Counted from the first letter of the stretch, positions 7,177 through 17,730 are shown. The stretch: 64,000 nucleotides of DNA from an uncultured Chloroflexia bacterium (GCA_963766735.1 CAVYBU010000006.1:88929-152928), one strand, 5' to 3'. Numbers and translations are program-made. The notes: a model not told the origin generated them from the letters alone.

Positions 7177-9939
7177 ATGACAGAGGTGACCGGAGCAACC
7201 GCTGCCGCCGGCGCGACGGCGTGGCACGCCCTGAGCACGGAGGACGCTCTGCAGCAGCAGGGCGTCGACGCCGACCAGGGATTGTCCTCAGCCGAGGTCA
7301 CCGCACGCAGGACGAAGTTCGGTGCCAACCGGTTTGCGGAACAGGCCCCCGAGCCGCGCCTGCGCGCCTTCCTGCGCCAGTACGCCGACGCGATGCAGAT
7401 CGTCCTGCTGGTCGCCGGCGTGCTGAGCATCTACCCGGTGGGCCAGGTCTCCACCGGGGTGATGCTGATCCTGCTGACGGTCCTCAACGCCTACCTCGGC
7501 CTGAGCCAGGAGGGCAAGGCTGCGGCGGCCGTGGCGGCGCTCCAGAAGATGATGGTCGTCAAGGCGCGGGTGCGCCGGGACGGCGAGCTGGTGGAGGTGC
7601 CGGCCGAGGAGCTCGTCCCGGGAGACATCGTGGCCTTCGAGGCCGGCGATCTCGTCACCGCGGACGGACGGATCTTCGCGGCGGCAACCCTGGAGATCGA
7701 CGAAGCGGCCCTGACCGGCGAAAGCCTGCCCGTCGCCAAGGACGTGAACCCCGTCGCCGCCGATGCGCCGCTGGGCGACCGGCTCGGCATGGCGTTCATG
7801 AACACGAACGTGACCCGTGGCTCGGGGCGCTTCGTCGTGACTGCCACCGGCATGAACACCGAGGTGGGCCACATCTCCGGGATGCTGCAGGTCGACAAGG
7901 GACAGGAGACGCCCCTGACGCGGCAGATCAACGCCTTGACCAACCAGCTCCTGATCATCGCCGGCCTCGCCCTCCTTGCCTCGATCGCGATCGGCTACTT
8001 CCGCTACGGCCAGCCATTCGATGTCCTGTTCGTGACGGCCATCGCCTTCGCCGTGTCGGCCATTCCGACGGGCCTGCCTGCCGTCATCACCACCATCCTC
8101 TCGTACGGCACGCAGACGCTCGCGAAGGCCGGCGCCATCGTGAAGCAGTTGCGATCCGTGGAGACCCTTGGATCCACTTCGGCGATCAACTCCGACAAGA
8201 CCGGCACGCTCACCCTCAACCAGATGACGGCCGTCGAGATGGCGATCCCGGGCCGCCGGTTCACCGTCTCCGGCACCGGCTACGGGATCGAGGGCTCGAT
8301 CGCGCGCGTCGCGGGTGATGCGGACGTCCCGCTCGACCCGTTCCTCCTCCCGTGCGTCCTGGCCTCCGACGCCGTCGTCAAGGATGGCGCCTTGATCGGC
8401 GACCCGACCGAGGGCGCGCTCGTTGTCCTGGCCGAGAAGGGCGGGGTCAGCGCCATCGCCACGCGAGAGGCCTACCCGCGGGTCGCAACCCTGCCGTTCG
8501 ATGCGGCCTACAAGATGATGGCCACCTTCCACCGCATGAAGGACGAGGCGGGCAAGGATGTCGTCCGCTGCTTCGTCAAGGGTGCCCCCGACCAGCTGCT
8601 GGCCCGCGGCACGTTCGTGGTCACGCCGGACCTGTCCGGGGTCCGTCCCGTCGACGACGACATGCGGGCGAGGATCCTCGCGGAGAACGAGCGCCTCGGG
8701 GCCAAGGGACTGCGCGTGATGGCAACCGGGCGCAGGGACTTCGATCCCGCCAGCTTTGATCCCGGTGCCGATCTCCTGCCGCTGCTCGACGGGATGACCC
8801 TGCTCGCCCTCGTCGGGATCGTGGACCCGCCGCGACCGGCGGCCAGGAAATCGATCGCCGAGGCGCACAGCGCCGGGATCCAGGTCCGGATGATCACCGG
8901 CGATCATGCCGTCACGGCCCAGGCGATCGCACAGGACCTGGGCATCACCGGCCGCGCCATCACCGGCGCAGAGTTCCGGGCGATGAGCGACGACCAGGCC
9001 GTCCGGGAGATCGACGGCATCGGCGTGATAGCGCGAGTGACGCCGGAGGACAAGGTCCACCTGGTCGACATCCTTCGCAAGAAGGGCCACATCGTGGCGA
9101 TGACGGGCGACGGCGTGAACGACGCGCCGGCGCTCAAGAAGGCCGACATCGGCGTGGCCATGGGCATCACGGGTACCGAGGTCTCGAAGGAGGCCGCGGT
9201 GATGATCCTCACCGATGACGACTTCGCGACGATCGTGAAGGCAGTCAAGCTGGGTCGCGGGCTCTACGACAACCTCAAGAAGTACATCCGCTTCCAGGTC
9301 GGGCTCCTGCTCGGCTACATCGTCACGTTCCTGGGCTCCAGCATCCTGAACGTGCTCGGCGGCGTCCCGTTCGTGCCCATCCAGACGCTGTTCATGAACT
9401 TCACCGTCCAGGTCTTCCAGGCGGTCGGCCTCGGCTACGGCAAGGCCGCGGACGGCCTCATGGAGCGCAGGCCGCGCCCGTCCAGCGAGCCGCTCCTCAG
9501 CGGCCCACTCCTCATCTGGCTGGCCGTCGCCGGCCTCGTGATGGGTGGCGGCACGCTGGCCGTCATCGCCTGGGCCTCGAACGTCTACGACGAGACGGTC
9601 GCGCGCACCATGGGGATGATCGCCTTCTCGATCTCGAACGTCGCGTTCTCGTTCGCGACGAAGGACGAGCGGCGGTCGGTCTTCAGCCTCGACATCATGG
9701 GCGACCGGCCGTTCCTCTACGCGACGGCGGCCTCGATCGCGACGATCGTGCTGATGACCGAGTTCGGGTTCTTCAACCGGCTCCTCGACACGACCAACCT
9801 CAACCTCGACCAGTGGGTCGTCTGCATCCTCGTCGGGTTGCTGATCATCCCCGTCTCGGAGATCCGGAAGATCGTCATCAAGAAGCCCCTCGACGAGGTT
9901 CCGTCCGAGGCTCCCATGGCAGCCGCGTTGGCCGCCTGA
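7177..9939 (+). CDS. Cation-transporting P-type ATPase, type II (PMCA/SERCA-like, Ca2+/Mg2+ type)
   Basis: DKTGTLT, TGES and [20 protein letters not shown] motifs; AGGAGG RBS 9 nt upstream of the ATG at 7177 (an in-frame ATG at 7126 is an alternative start). Confidence 0.9.
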   Translation: MTEVTGATAAAGATAWHALSTEDALQQQGVDADQGLSSAEVTARRTKFGANRFAEQAPEPRLRAFLRQYADAMQIVLLVAGVLSIYPVGQVSTGVMLILLTVLNAYLGLSQEGKAAAAVAALQKMMVVKARVRRDGELVEVPAEELVPGDIVAFEAGDLVTADGRIFAAATLEIDEAALTGESLPVAKDVNPVAADAPLGDRLGMAFMNTNVTRGSGRFVVTATGMNTEVGHISGMLQVDKGQETPLTRQINALTNQLLIIAGLALLASIAIGYFRYGQPFDVLFVTAIAFAVSAIPTGLPAVITTILSYGTQTLAKAGAIVKQLRSVETLGSTSAINSDKTGTLTLNQMTAVEMAIPGRRFTVSGTGYGIEGSIARVAGDADVPLDPFLLPCVLASDAVVKDGALIGDPTEGALVVLAEKGGVSAIATREAYPRVATLPFDAAYKMMATFHRMKDEAGKDVVRCFVKGAPDQLLARGTFVVTPDLSGVRPVDDDMRARILAENERLGAKGLRVMATGRRDFDPASFDPGADLLPLLDGMTLLALVGIVDPPRPAARKSIAEAHSAGIQVRMITGDHAVTAQAIAQDLGITGRAITGAEFRAMSDDQAVREIDGIGVIARVTPEDKVHLVDILRKKGHIVAMTGDGVNDAPALKKADIGVAMGITGTEVSKEAAVMILTDDDFATIVKAVKLGRGLYDNLKKYIRFQVGLLLGYIVTFLGSSILNVLGGVPFVPIQTLFMNFTVQVFQAVGLGYGKAADGLMERRPRPSSEPLLSGPLLIWLAVAGLVMGGGTLAVIAWASNVYDETVARTMGMIAFSISNVAFSFATKDERRSVFSLDIMGDRPFLYATAASIATIVLMTEFGFFNRLLDTTNLNLDQWVVCILVGLLIIPVSEIRKIVIKKPLDEVPSEAPMAAALAA

Positions 9940-9942
9940 CGC

Positions 9943-9998
9943 GACGGGCTGGTCCCGTCCACCCCCGACGCGCGGGGCCGGCCTTCGGTTCGGCCCGC
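9943..9998 (+). terminator. Two GC-rich hairpins immediately after the ATPase stop codon (putative intrinsic terminator, no T-tract)
   Basis: gacggg-ctggt-cccgtc and gcggggccgg-ccttcggtt-cggcccgc stem-loops. Confidence 0.25.
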
Positions 9999-10147
9999 AC
10001 GTCCGTTGCCGGGACGGCAAGCGGGGCGACCGGCCCTGCGGGATGATATGCACCCACGGGACGCATCGTCGTCTCAGCGCCGGACCGCGTGCTCCGTAGC
10101 GTCCATCCACAGTCGGCCCCGGTCCGACATCACCCAAAGGAGAATCC

Positions 10148-10489
10148 ATGGGCTGTCTGCTGGTGCTGATGGGGGGCCTGTTCCCCCGCTTCGGCGTGTT
10201 GCTCGTCTACATCGCGCGGCCGGCGTACTTCACGGCCGCCTTCGGCGACATGTGGCTGTGGCCGATCCTCGGGATCATCTTCGCGCCGTTCACCACGCTG
10301 ATGTACGTCCTGCTGTGGGCGCCGTCGACCGGGATCAGCGGCTTCGACTGGCTGTGGCTGGCGATTGCCCTCGCGATCGACATCGGCCACTACGCCGGCA
10401 GCGCCTACGGGAACCGCGACCGGATGCCCGGCTACTCGAGTGGCACGGGCTACCCGGGCGACCCCAACAACCTCGGCCGCCCGATGTAG
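10148..10489 (+). CDS. Hypothetical small membrane protein (3 TM)
   Basis: AAAGGAG RBS 6 nt upstream of the ATG; hydrophobic helices; high GC3. Confidence 0.5.
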   Translation: MGCLLVLMGGLFPRFGVLLVYIARPAYFTAAFGDMWLWPILGIIFAPFTTLMYVLLWAPSTGISGFDWLWLAIALAIDIGHYAGSAYGNRDRMPGYSSGTGYPGDPNNLGRPM

Positions 10490-10496
10490 CTCGGCC

Positions 10497-11938
10497 TCAG
10501 CCCGTGGCCCCGTGGCAGGTCTTGGTCTTGCGGCCGCTGCCACAGGGACACGGGTCGTTGCGCCCCGCCTGCGCCACCGCCGTGCGGAGAGCTGCCGCTT
10601 CGCCGGCCAGGATGCCCATGGCCTCGTCCGCGTAGCGGCCCTGTCCCAGCAGCGTCGCCATCACCCGCATCGGCCGGTCGATGTGAGTGAAGAAGGACTT
10701 GTAGCCCGCGCACAGGTGGTTGAGCCCCGGCTCGCCGTCCGGGGTGTCGATGAAGCGGTTGCGCGGGCATTCCCCGTGGCACGCGAACCGCACGGGACAC
10801 TCGCGGCAGTAGCGAGGCAGCGTGTCCCGCTTGTCCGTTCCGAACGTGCGTTGCGCGGGCGACGCGACCATCTCCAGCAGGTGCTGTCGCGGATGTTGCC
10901 CAGGAGGTAGCGCGGCTCGACGAAATGGTCGCAGCTGAAGACGTCGCCGGTGTGCTCCACCGTCAGCGCGTTGCCGCATGTCTCGCCGAAGATGCAGACC
11001 GCGGGCGGGGCACCGACCCACGAGGCAAGCGCCGCATCGAAGATCTGCACGAACACGGTGCCCACGTCGCGCGCGACCCACTCGTCGAACACGCTCGAGA
11101 GGAAGCGGCCCCAGCCGTCCGCCGTGACGGAGCGTGAGGTCACCAGGCTCCCGTCGAGCGTGTACAGCGGCCGCACCTCGCGCCCAGTGGTGCCCCAGCC
11201 GGCATCGGCCACCGGCAGCGACTCGGGCGTGGCGCGCTCGACGATCGGGATGAACTGGAGGTATCGGGCCCCGACCTCGTCGCGGAAGTAGCGGTACACC
11301 TCCGCGCCCCGGTCCTGGTTCGCCTCGTGCACCGTGCACAGGATGTTGACGTCGACGCCCTGTTCCGCCATCAGCCGCGCGGCGGCGAGCACCCTGTGAT
11401 GGGTGGCCTTGCCGCCCTTGTCCACGCGGTAGCGGTCGTGGATGTCGGGCGGGCCATCCATCGAGAGCCCGACCAGGAACCGATGCTCCCGGAAGAACGA
11501 GCACCAGTCCTCGTCGATCAGCGTGCCGTTGGTCTGGATCGTGTGCTCGACCTGCTGGCCAGGCTTCCGGTACCGCTCGACCAGCTCGATCGAGCGCCGG
11601 AAGAAGTCGAGGCCCATCAGGGTGGGCTCGCCGCCCTGCCAGGCGACGGTCACGTTCGGGCTCTCGTGGGACTCGAGGAGCTGCTTGACGTACAGCTCCA
11701 GCAGATCGTCGGCCATCCGGAACGCGGAGCCCGGGTAGAGCGCCTCCTTGGACAGGAAGAAGCAGTAGGTGCAGTCGAGGTTGCACACCGCGCCCGTCGG
11801 CTTCGCCAGCAGGTGGAAGCCCGGCGGCGAGCCCGCGGGCCGCGGGTCGGGCAAGACGGGACCCGGCGCGGGGCCGGCACCGGGGCCAGAACTCCCGGTC
11901 AGAATGCCGTCGCGGGTGAGGGGGCTGCTGGGATCCAC
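10497..11938 (-). pseudogene. Radical SAM/SPASM anaerobic sulfatase-maturating enzyme (anSME-like), interrupted by a -1 frameshift near 10875-10897
   Basis: Frame A reads CNLDCTYCFF...GGEPTL...YLLGNIRDS. Frame B reads HLLEMVASPAQRTFG...CRECPVRFACHGECPRNRF...CPCGSG. A single missing base in cgcgac(c)agcacctg would restore one ORF. Confidence 0.7.
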
Positions 11939-12089
11939 GGGCCGGGTGATCTCCCTTCCTGGGGCATGGCGCGCATGGCGGCGAGGGGTCGCCGCCGGGG
12001 CTTCACTTCGGCCGGGTGAGGCAGGCCCGGACGGCGGGCACATATGATGTCAGGGACGGGCGTCTCCGGCGTGTGATGGAGGGGAGTTC

Positions 12090-12872
12090 ATGACGATCGA
12101 GGGTGCGCCCGCGCAACCCGATCCATCGGACGGCACCGCGTGGCCTAGGACCGGGACCCCCGCCGTCCTCGGCGAGGCCGCGCACCAGATGCGCGCGCCC
12201 TGGGCGGCCGGCGTCGCGGGCCTCCTGTTCGCGATCCTGTTCACCGCCGCACTCGTCCTGCTCCGCTCGGAGGCGTTGACCACTGCAACCGATGCGCAGC
12301 TGGCCGTGATGTTCGCCACTGGTGGTCACCTGCCGATCGTGATCGGCGGCCTGTACCTGGCGCCGTTCTCGGGGATCATGTTCCTGTGGTTCGTCGCCGT
12401 GGTGCGGGACCAGATCGGCGAGCGCGAGGACCGCTTCTTCGCGACGGTGTTCTTCGGCAGCGGTCTCCTGTTCGTCGCCCTCGTGTTCGTGGCGACGGCG
12501 ATCGCTAGCTCCGCGGTCGTCGGCTACCAGTACCTGGACCAGCCGGCACCGTCGGCGGACACCGTGGAGCTGCTCCGCGCGCTCTCATACACGGTGCTGT
12601 TCGCGTTCGCGACCCGGGCGGCCGCCGTCTTCCTGATCTCCATGGGCACGATCGGCCTGCGCAGCCGGACCTTCCCCAGATGGTTCGCATGGACCGCCTA
12701 CGCGCTGGGGCTCGTCCTGCTGGTCGCCGTGACGCTCTGGGACTGGATCATCCTCGTGCTCCCGGCATGGGTCGCGATCGTGAGCCTGTTCATCATGCGC
12801 CGCGAGCGGGCGCGCCGGCCCAGCCGCGGGCCTGGCGGCGTCAGCGAGCCCGGACCCGACCGGGTCCCCTGA
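12090..12872 (+). CDS. Hypothetical polytopic membrane protein
   Basis: GGAGGGGAG RBS, six or more predicted TM helices, coding-like GC3. Confidence 0.55.
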   Translation: MTIEGAPAQPDPSDGTAWPRTGTPAVLGEAAHQMRAPWAAGVAGLLFAILFTAALVLLRSEALTTATDAQLAVMFATGGHLPIVIGGLYLAPFSGIMFLWFVAVVRDQIGEREDRFFATVFFGSGLLFVALVFVATAIASSAVVGYQYLDQPAPSADTVELLRALSYTVLFAFATRAAAVFLISMGTIGLRSRTFPRWFAWTAYALGLVLLVAVTLWDWIILVLPAWVAIVSLFIMRRERARRPSRGPGGVSEPGPDRVP

Positions 12873-12877
12873 GGCTG

Positions 12878-15475
12878 ATGTCGGCCGCGGTCGGGCTGCG
12901 CAATCTCCTGGGCCGGGCCAGGCTCGCGATCGAGGGGCCGGAGGGGCCGGCAATCGCCTGGACGCTGCGCGGCTACCTCCCGAGCCAGCTCTCCGGCGAC
13001 GTCATCTCGGGCCTGACCGTCGCGGCCCTGATCGTCCCCCTGAGCATCGGCTACGCCGGCGTCGCCGGGCTGCCGCCGGAGGTGGGCCTGTACGCGTCGA
13101 TGGTGCCGCTTGCGGCGTATGCGATCTTCGGGTCGGCTCGGCAGGTGATCGTCGGTCCCGATGCGTCCACGGCGGCGCTGATCGCCGCGACCATTGCGCC
13201 GCTGGCGGTTGTCAGCGACGACCGCGTCCGGCTCGCCGGCGTGCTGGCCCTGATGGTTGCCGCGGTCTTCGTCGTCATGCGGCTCGGCCGGATGGGCTTC
13301 CTGGCCGACTTCCTCTCCCGCCCGATCCTGGTCGGCTACATGACGGGCGTGGGCATCACCGTCGCGGCCGGGCAGGTTGCGAAGATCGCAGGCGGATCGG
13401 CGATCGCGGACGCGATCGCGGTCCTGTCGGGTATCGACTGGAGCGCCGCCGACCCGAGGGCCGTCGCCGACGCGCTCCTGATCGCTGTCCGTGGCTCTGG
13501 CGCGGACCTCACCTCATTGGTCATCGGCATCGCCGTGGTGGTCGCCATGCTGCTCGGCCGTCGGTACCTGCCACGGGTCCCGATGGCGCTGGTGGCCATG
13601 ATCGTGGCAATGGTGGCGAGCGCGGCGTTCGACCTCCAGTCCAGGGGAGTCCAGGTGCTGGGTCCGGTGTCGCCCGGGCTGCCAGGGATCGGCATTCCGA
13701 CGGCGTCCGCGACGGAGCTCGTCGGGCTGCTGCCCGGAGCGCTCGGCCTCGCGATCCTGAGCTTCGCGGACACGGCGGCCACCGGACGAACGTTTGCGGC
13801 CCGCCGCCACGAGCGCACCGACGCGAACCGGGAGCTGGTGGCGCTGGCCGCGGCCGACGCCGGAGGGGCCCTCACCGGCGGCTACGCGATCAGCTCCAGC
13901 CCGTCACGGACGGCAGGGGCGGTGAATGCCGGGTCGAGCTCCCAGCTCACCGGGCTGATCGCGATGGCCTCGGTCGCCGTGGTCCTGGTGCTGCTGACCC
14001 GGCCGCTGTCCTACCTCCCGATACCCGCCCTGGGTGGCGTCATCTTCGTCGCCGTCCTCGGCCTCATCGACGTCCGCGGGATCGTCCGGATCCTGAACCT
14101 CAAGTCCAGCGAGGGCCTGATCGCGATCATCACGATGACCGGGGTGATCCTGTACGGAACGCTCATCGGCGTTGGTATCGCCGTGTTGCTGGCAGCCCTG
14201 AACATCGTGCGCCGGGCGGCGTGGCCGCAGATCGTCGAACAGGGCCGTCTCGACGACGGAACCTGGCGGGATCTCACCCGACAACCCGAGGCACGCCGCG
14301 TTCCCGGGGTGATCGTGATCCGGTTCACGGGTCCCCTGTTCTTTGCGAACGCCACGGCCCTCCAGGCGCTGACCCGCGAGCTCATGGCCGGTCGGCTCGA
14401 CACGAGGGCGGTGGTCCTCGACCTTGCCGCGACCGCCGACATCGACGTCACCGCCGGCGGCGCCATCAGGGAGCTGGCGGACGACCTGGCTCGCGCCGGC
14501 CGGCAGCTGACGGTCGCGGGGCCGCTGGGCCCCGTGCGCGACGAGCTGCGGGCATACGGGCTGGCCGACCTGATGGAGGCCACCGGAGGAACACGCGGCA
14601 GCATCGACGAAGCGATCGCCGGTCTCGGCCTGGACCCGTCGCGCGCGGTGGAGCCCGGCGAGAGGGGGAGCGGTGCGGCGTCCGCAGCGGACACGACGCC
14701 GGAACCCGGGGAGCCGGTGGCCGGCGAGCCCGAGGAGCCGGCGGCCGAGGAACCCCGGGCCGGCGAGCCCCGGCCCGGCGAAGGCCTCGTCGTGCGGGTC
14801 CTCGCCATCGCGCTGGGGATCGTGGTCGCCGCGACCCTGCTGGGGACGGCGCTCAACGCCTGGCGTGGTGAGGCGTCCGGTGTGTCTGTCGTCCCCAACC
14901 TGGTCGGGCTGTCCCTCGATCGTGCCTCGACGGCCGCAGGGGATGCGGGCTTCACGCTGGCGCCCCCGGTCTACGTCCAGCGGAACGATCGACCGGAGAA
15001 CACGGTCGTTGCCCAGGACCCGCCGGCCGGGACCGAGTTGGAGCGGGGATCCGTGATCCGCCCGGTGGTCAGCACCGCACGTGGGCTGGTGCGCGTGCCG
15101 GATGTCGTTGGCCAGGCCGAGTCCCAGGCCATCGCAACCCTGACCAGTGCGGGCCTCATCGTCCGCAGATCGGACAGCGTGTTCGATGAGGCGCTGCCCG
15201 CTGGTGCCGTCGTCACCACGAGCCCGGCGGCGGGCGTCTCGGTGGCGAAGGGCACGGTCGTCGACTACGTCGTGTCCGAAGGCGAGGAGCCCACACCGGC
15301 GCCCTCGGCAACGCCGGCTCCATCCCCGACGCCCTCGGCAACGCCGTCGCCGGCAACGACGGGCACGCCGACGGTTTCGCCATCACCGCCGGACGGGACG
15401 CCACCAGTTGAGGCGCCGACCGGGACGCCCCCGAATGCCACGCCTCCAGCCGGGACGGCCAGTCCCACCTTCTGA
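12878..15475 (+). CDS. SulP-family anion transporter with STAS domain, then an extra TM helix, two PASTA domains and a Pro/Thr/Ser-rich tail
   Basis: SulP core (GDVISGLTVAALIVPLSIGYA...), STAS (VIVIRFTGPLFFANATAL...), the TM helix LVVRVLAIALGIVVAATLLGTAL, and two PASTA units (VPNLVGLSLDRAS..., VPDVVGQAESQAIATLTSAGL...). Confidence 0.85.
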   Translation: MSAAVGLRNLLGRARLAIEGPEGPAIAWTLRGYLPSQLSGDVISGLTVAALIVPLSIGYAGVAGLPPEVGLYASMVPLAAYAIFGSARQVIVGPDASTAALIAATIAPLAVVSDDRVRLAGVLALMVAAVFVVMRLGRMGFLADFLSRPILVGYMTGVGITVAAGQVAKIAGGSAIADAIAVLSGIDWSAADPRAVADALLIAVRGSGADLTSLVIGIAVVVAMLLGRRYLPRVPMALVAMIVAMVASAAFDLQSRGVQVLGPVSPGLPGIGIPTASATELVGLLPGALGLAILSFADTAATGRTFAARRHERTDANRELVALAAADAGGALTGGYAISSSPSRTAGAVNAGSSSQLTGLIAMASVAVVLVLLTRPLSYLPIPALGGVIFVAVLGLIDVRGIVRILNLKSSEGLIAIITMTGVILYGTLIGVGIAVLLAALNIVRRAAWPQIVEQGRLDDGTWRDLTRQPEARRVPGVIVIRFTGPLFFANATALQALTRELMAGRLDTRAVVLDLAATADIDVTAGGAIRELADDLARAGRQLTVAGPLGPVRDELRAYGLADLMEATGGTRGSIDEAIAGLGLDPSRAVEPGERGSGAASAADTTPEPGEPVAGEPEEPAAEEPRAGEPRPGEGLVVRVLAIALGIVVAATLLGTALNAWRGEASGVSVVPNLVGLSLDRASTAAGDAGFTLAPPVYVQRNDRPENTVVAQDPPAGTELERGSVIRPVVSTARGLVRVPDVVGQAESQAIATLTSAGLIVRRSDSVFDEALPAGAVVTTSPAAGVSVAKGTVVDYVVSEGEEPTPAPSATPAPSPTPSATPSPATTGTPTVSPSPPDGTPPVEAPTGTPPNATPPAGTASPTF

Positions 15476-15498
15476 CGCGGACAGCGGACCCGCGTGCG

Positions 15499-17730
15499 AT
15501 GATCCCTCAACCGAACCCCGGGCATGACCCGGGAGGCAATCAGGAGACACCCGTGCGCCGGTTCCTGTTCGAAGCCCTGGTCGATGCGCTCATCCTCATC
15601 GGGCTCGCCTTCCTCCTGTCGCTGATTCACGTCCCGCAGCCGTTCCCGTTCGGGAGCGGACGCGCCCCGATCATGGTCGGCCAGGGCGCCGGGTTCATCG
15701 GATTCTTCGTGTTCGCCGTCGTCCTTGGCGTCGTGAACCGCGGAGTGCGGCCGGTGATCGTCGCGTTCACCGGCCGCCTGGTGCTCGCGACCGCCGGCAT
15801 GTTCATGGTCGTGATCACGTGGCTCGTGTTCTCGATCACGTCGTTCTTCGCCCCCGAACTGGTCGTGGTCGCGGCGCCGACGATTCTCTGGACGCTCGTT
15901 CTCGCGGCCCTCTACGGGTTCGTCTCGATCGTGCTGGACGCGGTGCTGGGGCTCAGCCGGCCATCGCTCGACGTCGAAGGCCGGGGGAAGTTCATCTGGC
16001 GCTTCCTGGACGGGCTCCCCACGCCTCGCCGCAACGCCATCATCGAGAACCTGCGGTTCCAGCAGGTGTACGACACCCTCTACCGCTACGGGCTCGACAT
16101 CTTCCTCGGCGGCACGTCGATCGGCCGGATCCGCGCCTGGATCCAGCGGGTCATCTTCCGCGAGGAGGAGCCGTTCGTCGGGCTGTCCACGCCCGCCCGG
16201 ATCCGGATGATGCTCCAGTCGCTCGGGCCGACGTACGTGAAGATCGGCCAGATGGTGGCGAGCCGCGGCGAGGCATTGCCCCCGGAGTGGCTCACGGAGC
16301 TGCAGATGCTGCAGAGCGACGTGGCGCCGTTCCCGTACGAGCAGGCGCGCGAGGTCATCACCAAGGAGCTGGGCAAGCCGCCCGAGGAGCTGTTCGCGAC
16401 GTTCGAGACGGAACCGTTCGCGGCGGCCTCCACCGCCCAGGTCCACCGCGCGACGCTCCACGACGGGACCCTCGTCGCGGTCAAGGTCCAGCGGCCCAAC
16501 ATCGTCGCCAAGACCAAGGCCGACCTGGGCGTCATGCAGGAGCTCGCCCGGCAGCTTGCCAGGCGCGTCGAGATTGCCCGCCAGCTCGACGTGGAGGGAA
16601 TCCTGCGCGAGTTCGCCAGCGGCGTGATCAGCGAGATGGACTATCGCAACGAGGCCTACAACGCGCGTCGGATCTCCGAGGCGATGGTCAAGTTCGAGCG
16701 GATGCACGTGCCCGTGGTCTATGGCCGCCTGTCGGGCGAGCGCGTCATGACGGCCGAGTTCGTGAAGGGGTTCAAGATCAGCGATGTCGCCGCGCTCGAC
16801 GCCGCCGGCATCGACCGCAAGGAGATCGGGGTGGTCTTCGTCAGGGCCCTGATCAAGCAGGTCCTGGTCGACGGCTTCTTCCACGGCGATCCGCATCCCG
16901 GCAACATCTTCGTCGAGCCCGACACCGGGCGGATCACGTTCCTCGATTTCGGGCTCGTCGGCCGGCTCACCCAGAACCAGCGCATGGACCTCCTGGACAT
17001 GATCAACGGGCTCCAGCTGAAGGACTCGTCGGCGGTGGCCAGGGCGCTCCAGGGCCTGAGCACGGTCGGACCCGACTTCAACGAGCGCGGGTTCACGGAG
17101 GCGGTCGACCGGATCGTCCGCGAGTACCTCGTGTATGGCGAGGGCGACGGCATCGCGGACGCGATGTCCGCGGTCATGGGCGCCGTATACGGGCATGGCC
17201 TGCGGCTGGACAACGACCTCACGCTCGCGATGAAGGCCGTCATCCAGGCACAGGAGACCGCCTCGATCCTCGACCCGTCGATCGACATCGGCAAGGCGGC
17301 CATGGAAGAGGCGCGGGACGCGCTGGTGGCGGGGCTGACACTCGACAACATCGAGAAGACCGCGACCGCCACGGGCCTCCGTGTCGGCAAGGAGCTGGTC
17401 CGCCGCCTGCCCACGCTGGAATCGGCCGCCTTCATGTGGATCGACCAGTTCGGCAAGGGCAAGATCACGGTGGCGATCGACACCAGCGAGCTGGACACCC
17501 AGTTCCGGCAGCTGGACGACACAGGACGGCGGCTCACGATGGGGCTGCTCACCGTCGGCCAGCTGATCGGCTCGGCGATCCTCGCCGTCGTCCTGCTCCA
17601 GCCGGCGATTGCAGATACGGTGGGGCCGCTGGCCTCGATCGCGGTGTTCGCCTTCTTCGGGGTCCTGGCCTACAGCCTGTTCATCACCTACCGCGTCGGC
17701 CGCCGGCCGGAAGACGACAGCAGGCGCTGA
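15499..17730 (+). CDS. ABC1/UbiB-family atypical protein kinase with an N-terminal 4-TM holin-like membrane domain and C-terminal TM helices
   Basis: ABC1 kinase core (YVKIGQMVASRGEALP, AAASTAQVHRATL, FFHGDPHPGNIF, LDFG) and flanking hydrophobic domains. Confidence 0.85.
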   Translation: MIPQPNPGHDPGGNQETPVRRFLFEALVDALILIGLAFLLSLIHVPQPFPFGSGRAPIMVGQGAGFIGFFVFAVVLGVVNRGVRPVIVAFTGRLVLATAGMFMVVITWLVFSITSFFAPELVVVAAPTILWTLVLAALYGFVSIVLDAVLGLSRPSLDVEGRGKFIWRFLDGLPTPRRNAIIENLRFQQVYDTLYRYGLDIFLGGTSIGRIRAWIQRVIFREEEPFVGLSTPARIRMMLQSLGPTYVKIGQMVASRGEALPPEWLTELQMLQSDVAPFPYEQAREVITKELGKPPEELFATFETEPFAAASTAQVHRATLHDGTLVAVKVQRPNIVAKTKADLGVMQELARQLARRVEIARQLDVEGILREFASGVISEMDYRNEAYNARRISEAMVKFERMHVPVVYGRLSGERVMTAEFVKGFKISDVAALDAAGIDRKEIGVVFVRALIKQVLVDGFFHGDPHPGNIFVEPDTGRITFLDFGLVGRLTQNQRMDLLDMINGLQLKDSSAVARALQGLSTVGPDFNERGFTEAVDRIVREYLVYGEGDGIADAMSAVMGAVYGHGLRLDNDLTLAMKAVIQAQETASILDPSIDIGKAAMEEARDALVAGLTLDNIEKTATATGLRVGKELVRRLPTLESAAFMWIDQFGKGKITVAIDTSELDTQFRQLDDTGRRLTMGLLTVGQLIGSAILAVVLLQPAIADTVGPLASIAVFAFFGVLAYSLFITYRVGRRPEDDSRR

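Noticed and set aside
7288-10149. 953-aa minus-strand ORF (also 15265-17754, 22018-25116, and the upper part of 43318-46695)
   Set aside because: Arg/Gly/Asp/Pro-rich with no motifs. These are antisense to clearly recognisable genes (P-type ATPases, ABC1 kinase, folC region). They are typical high-GC open-frame artefacts.
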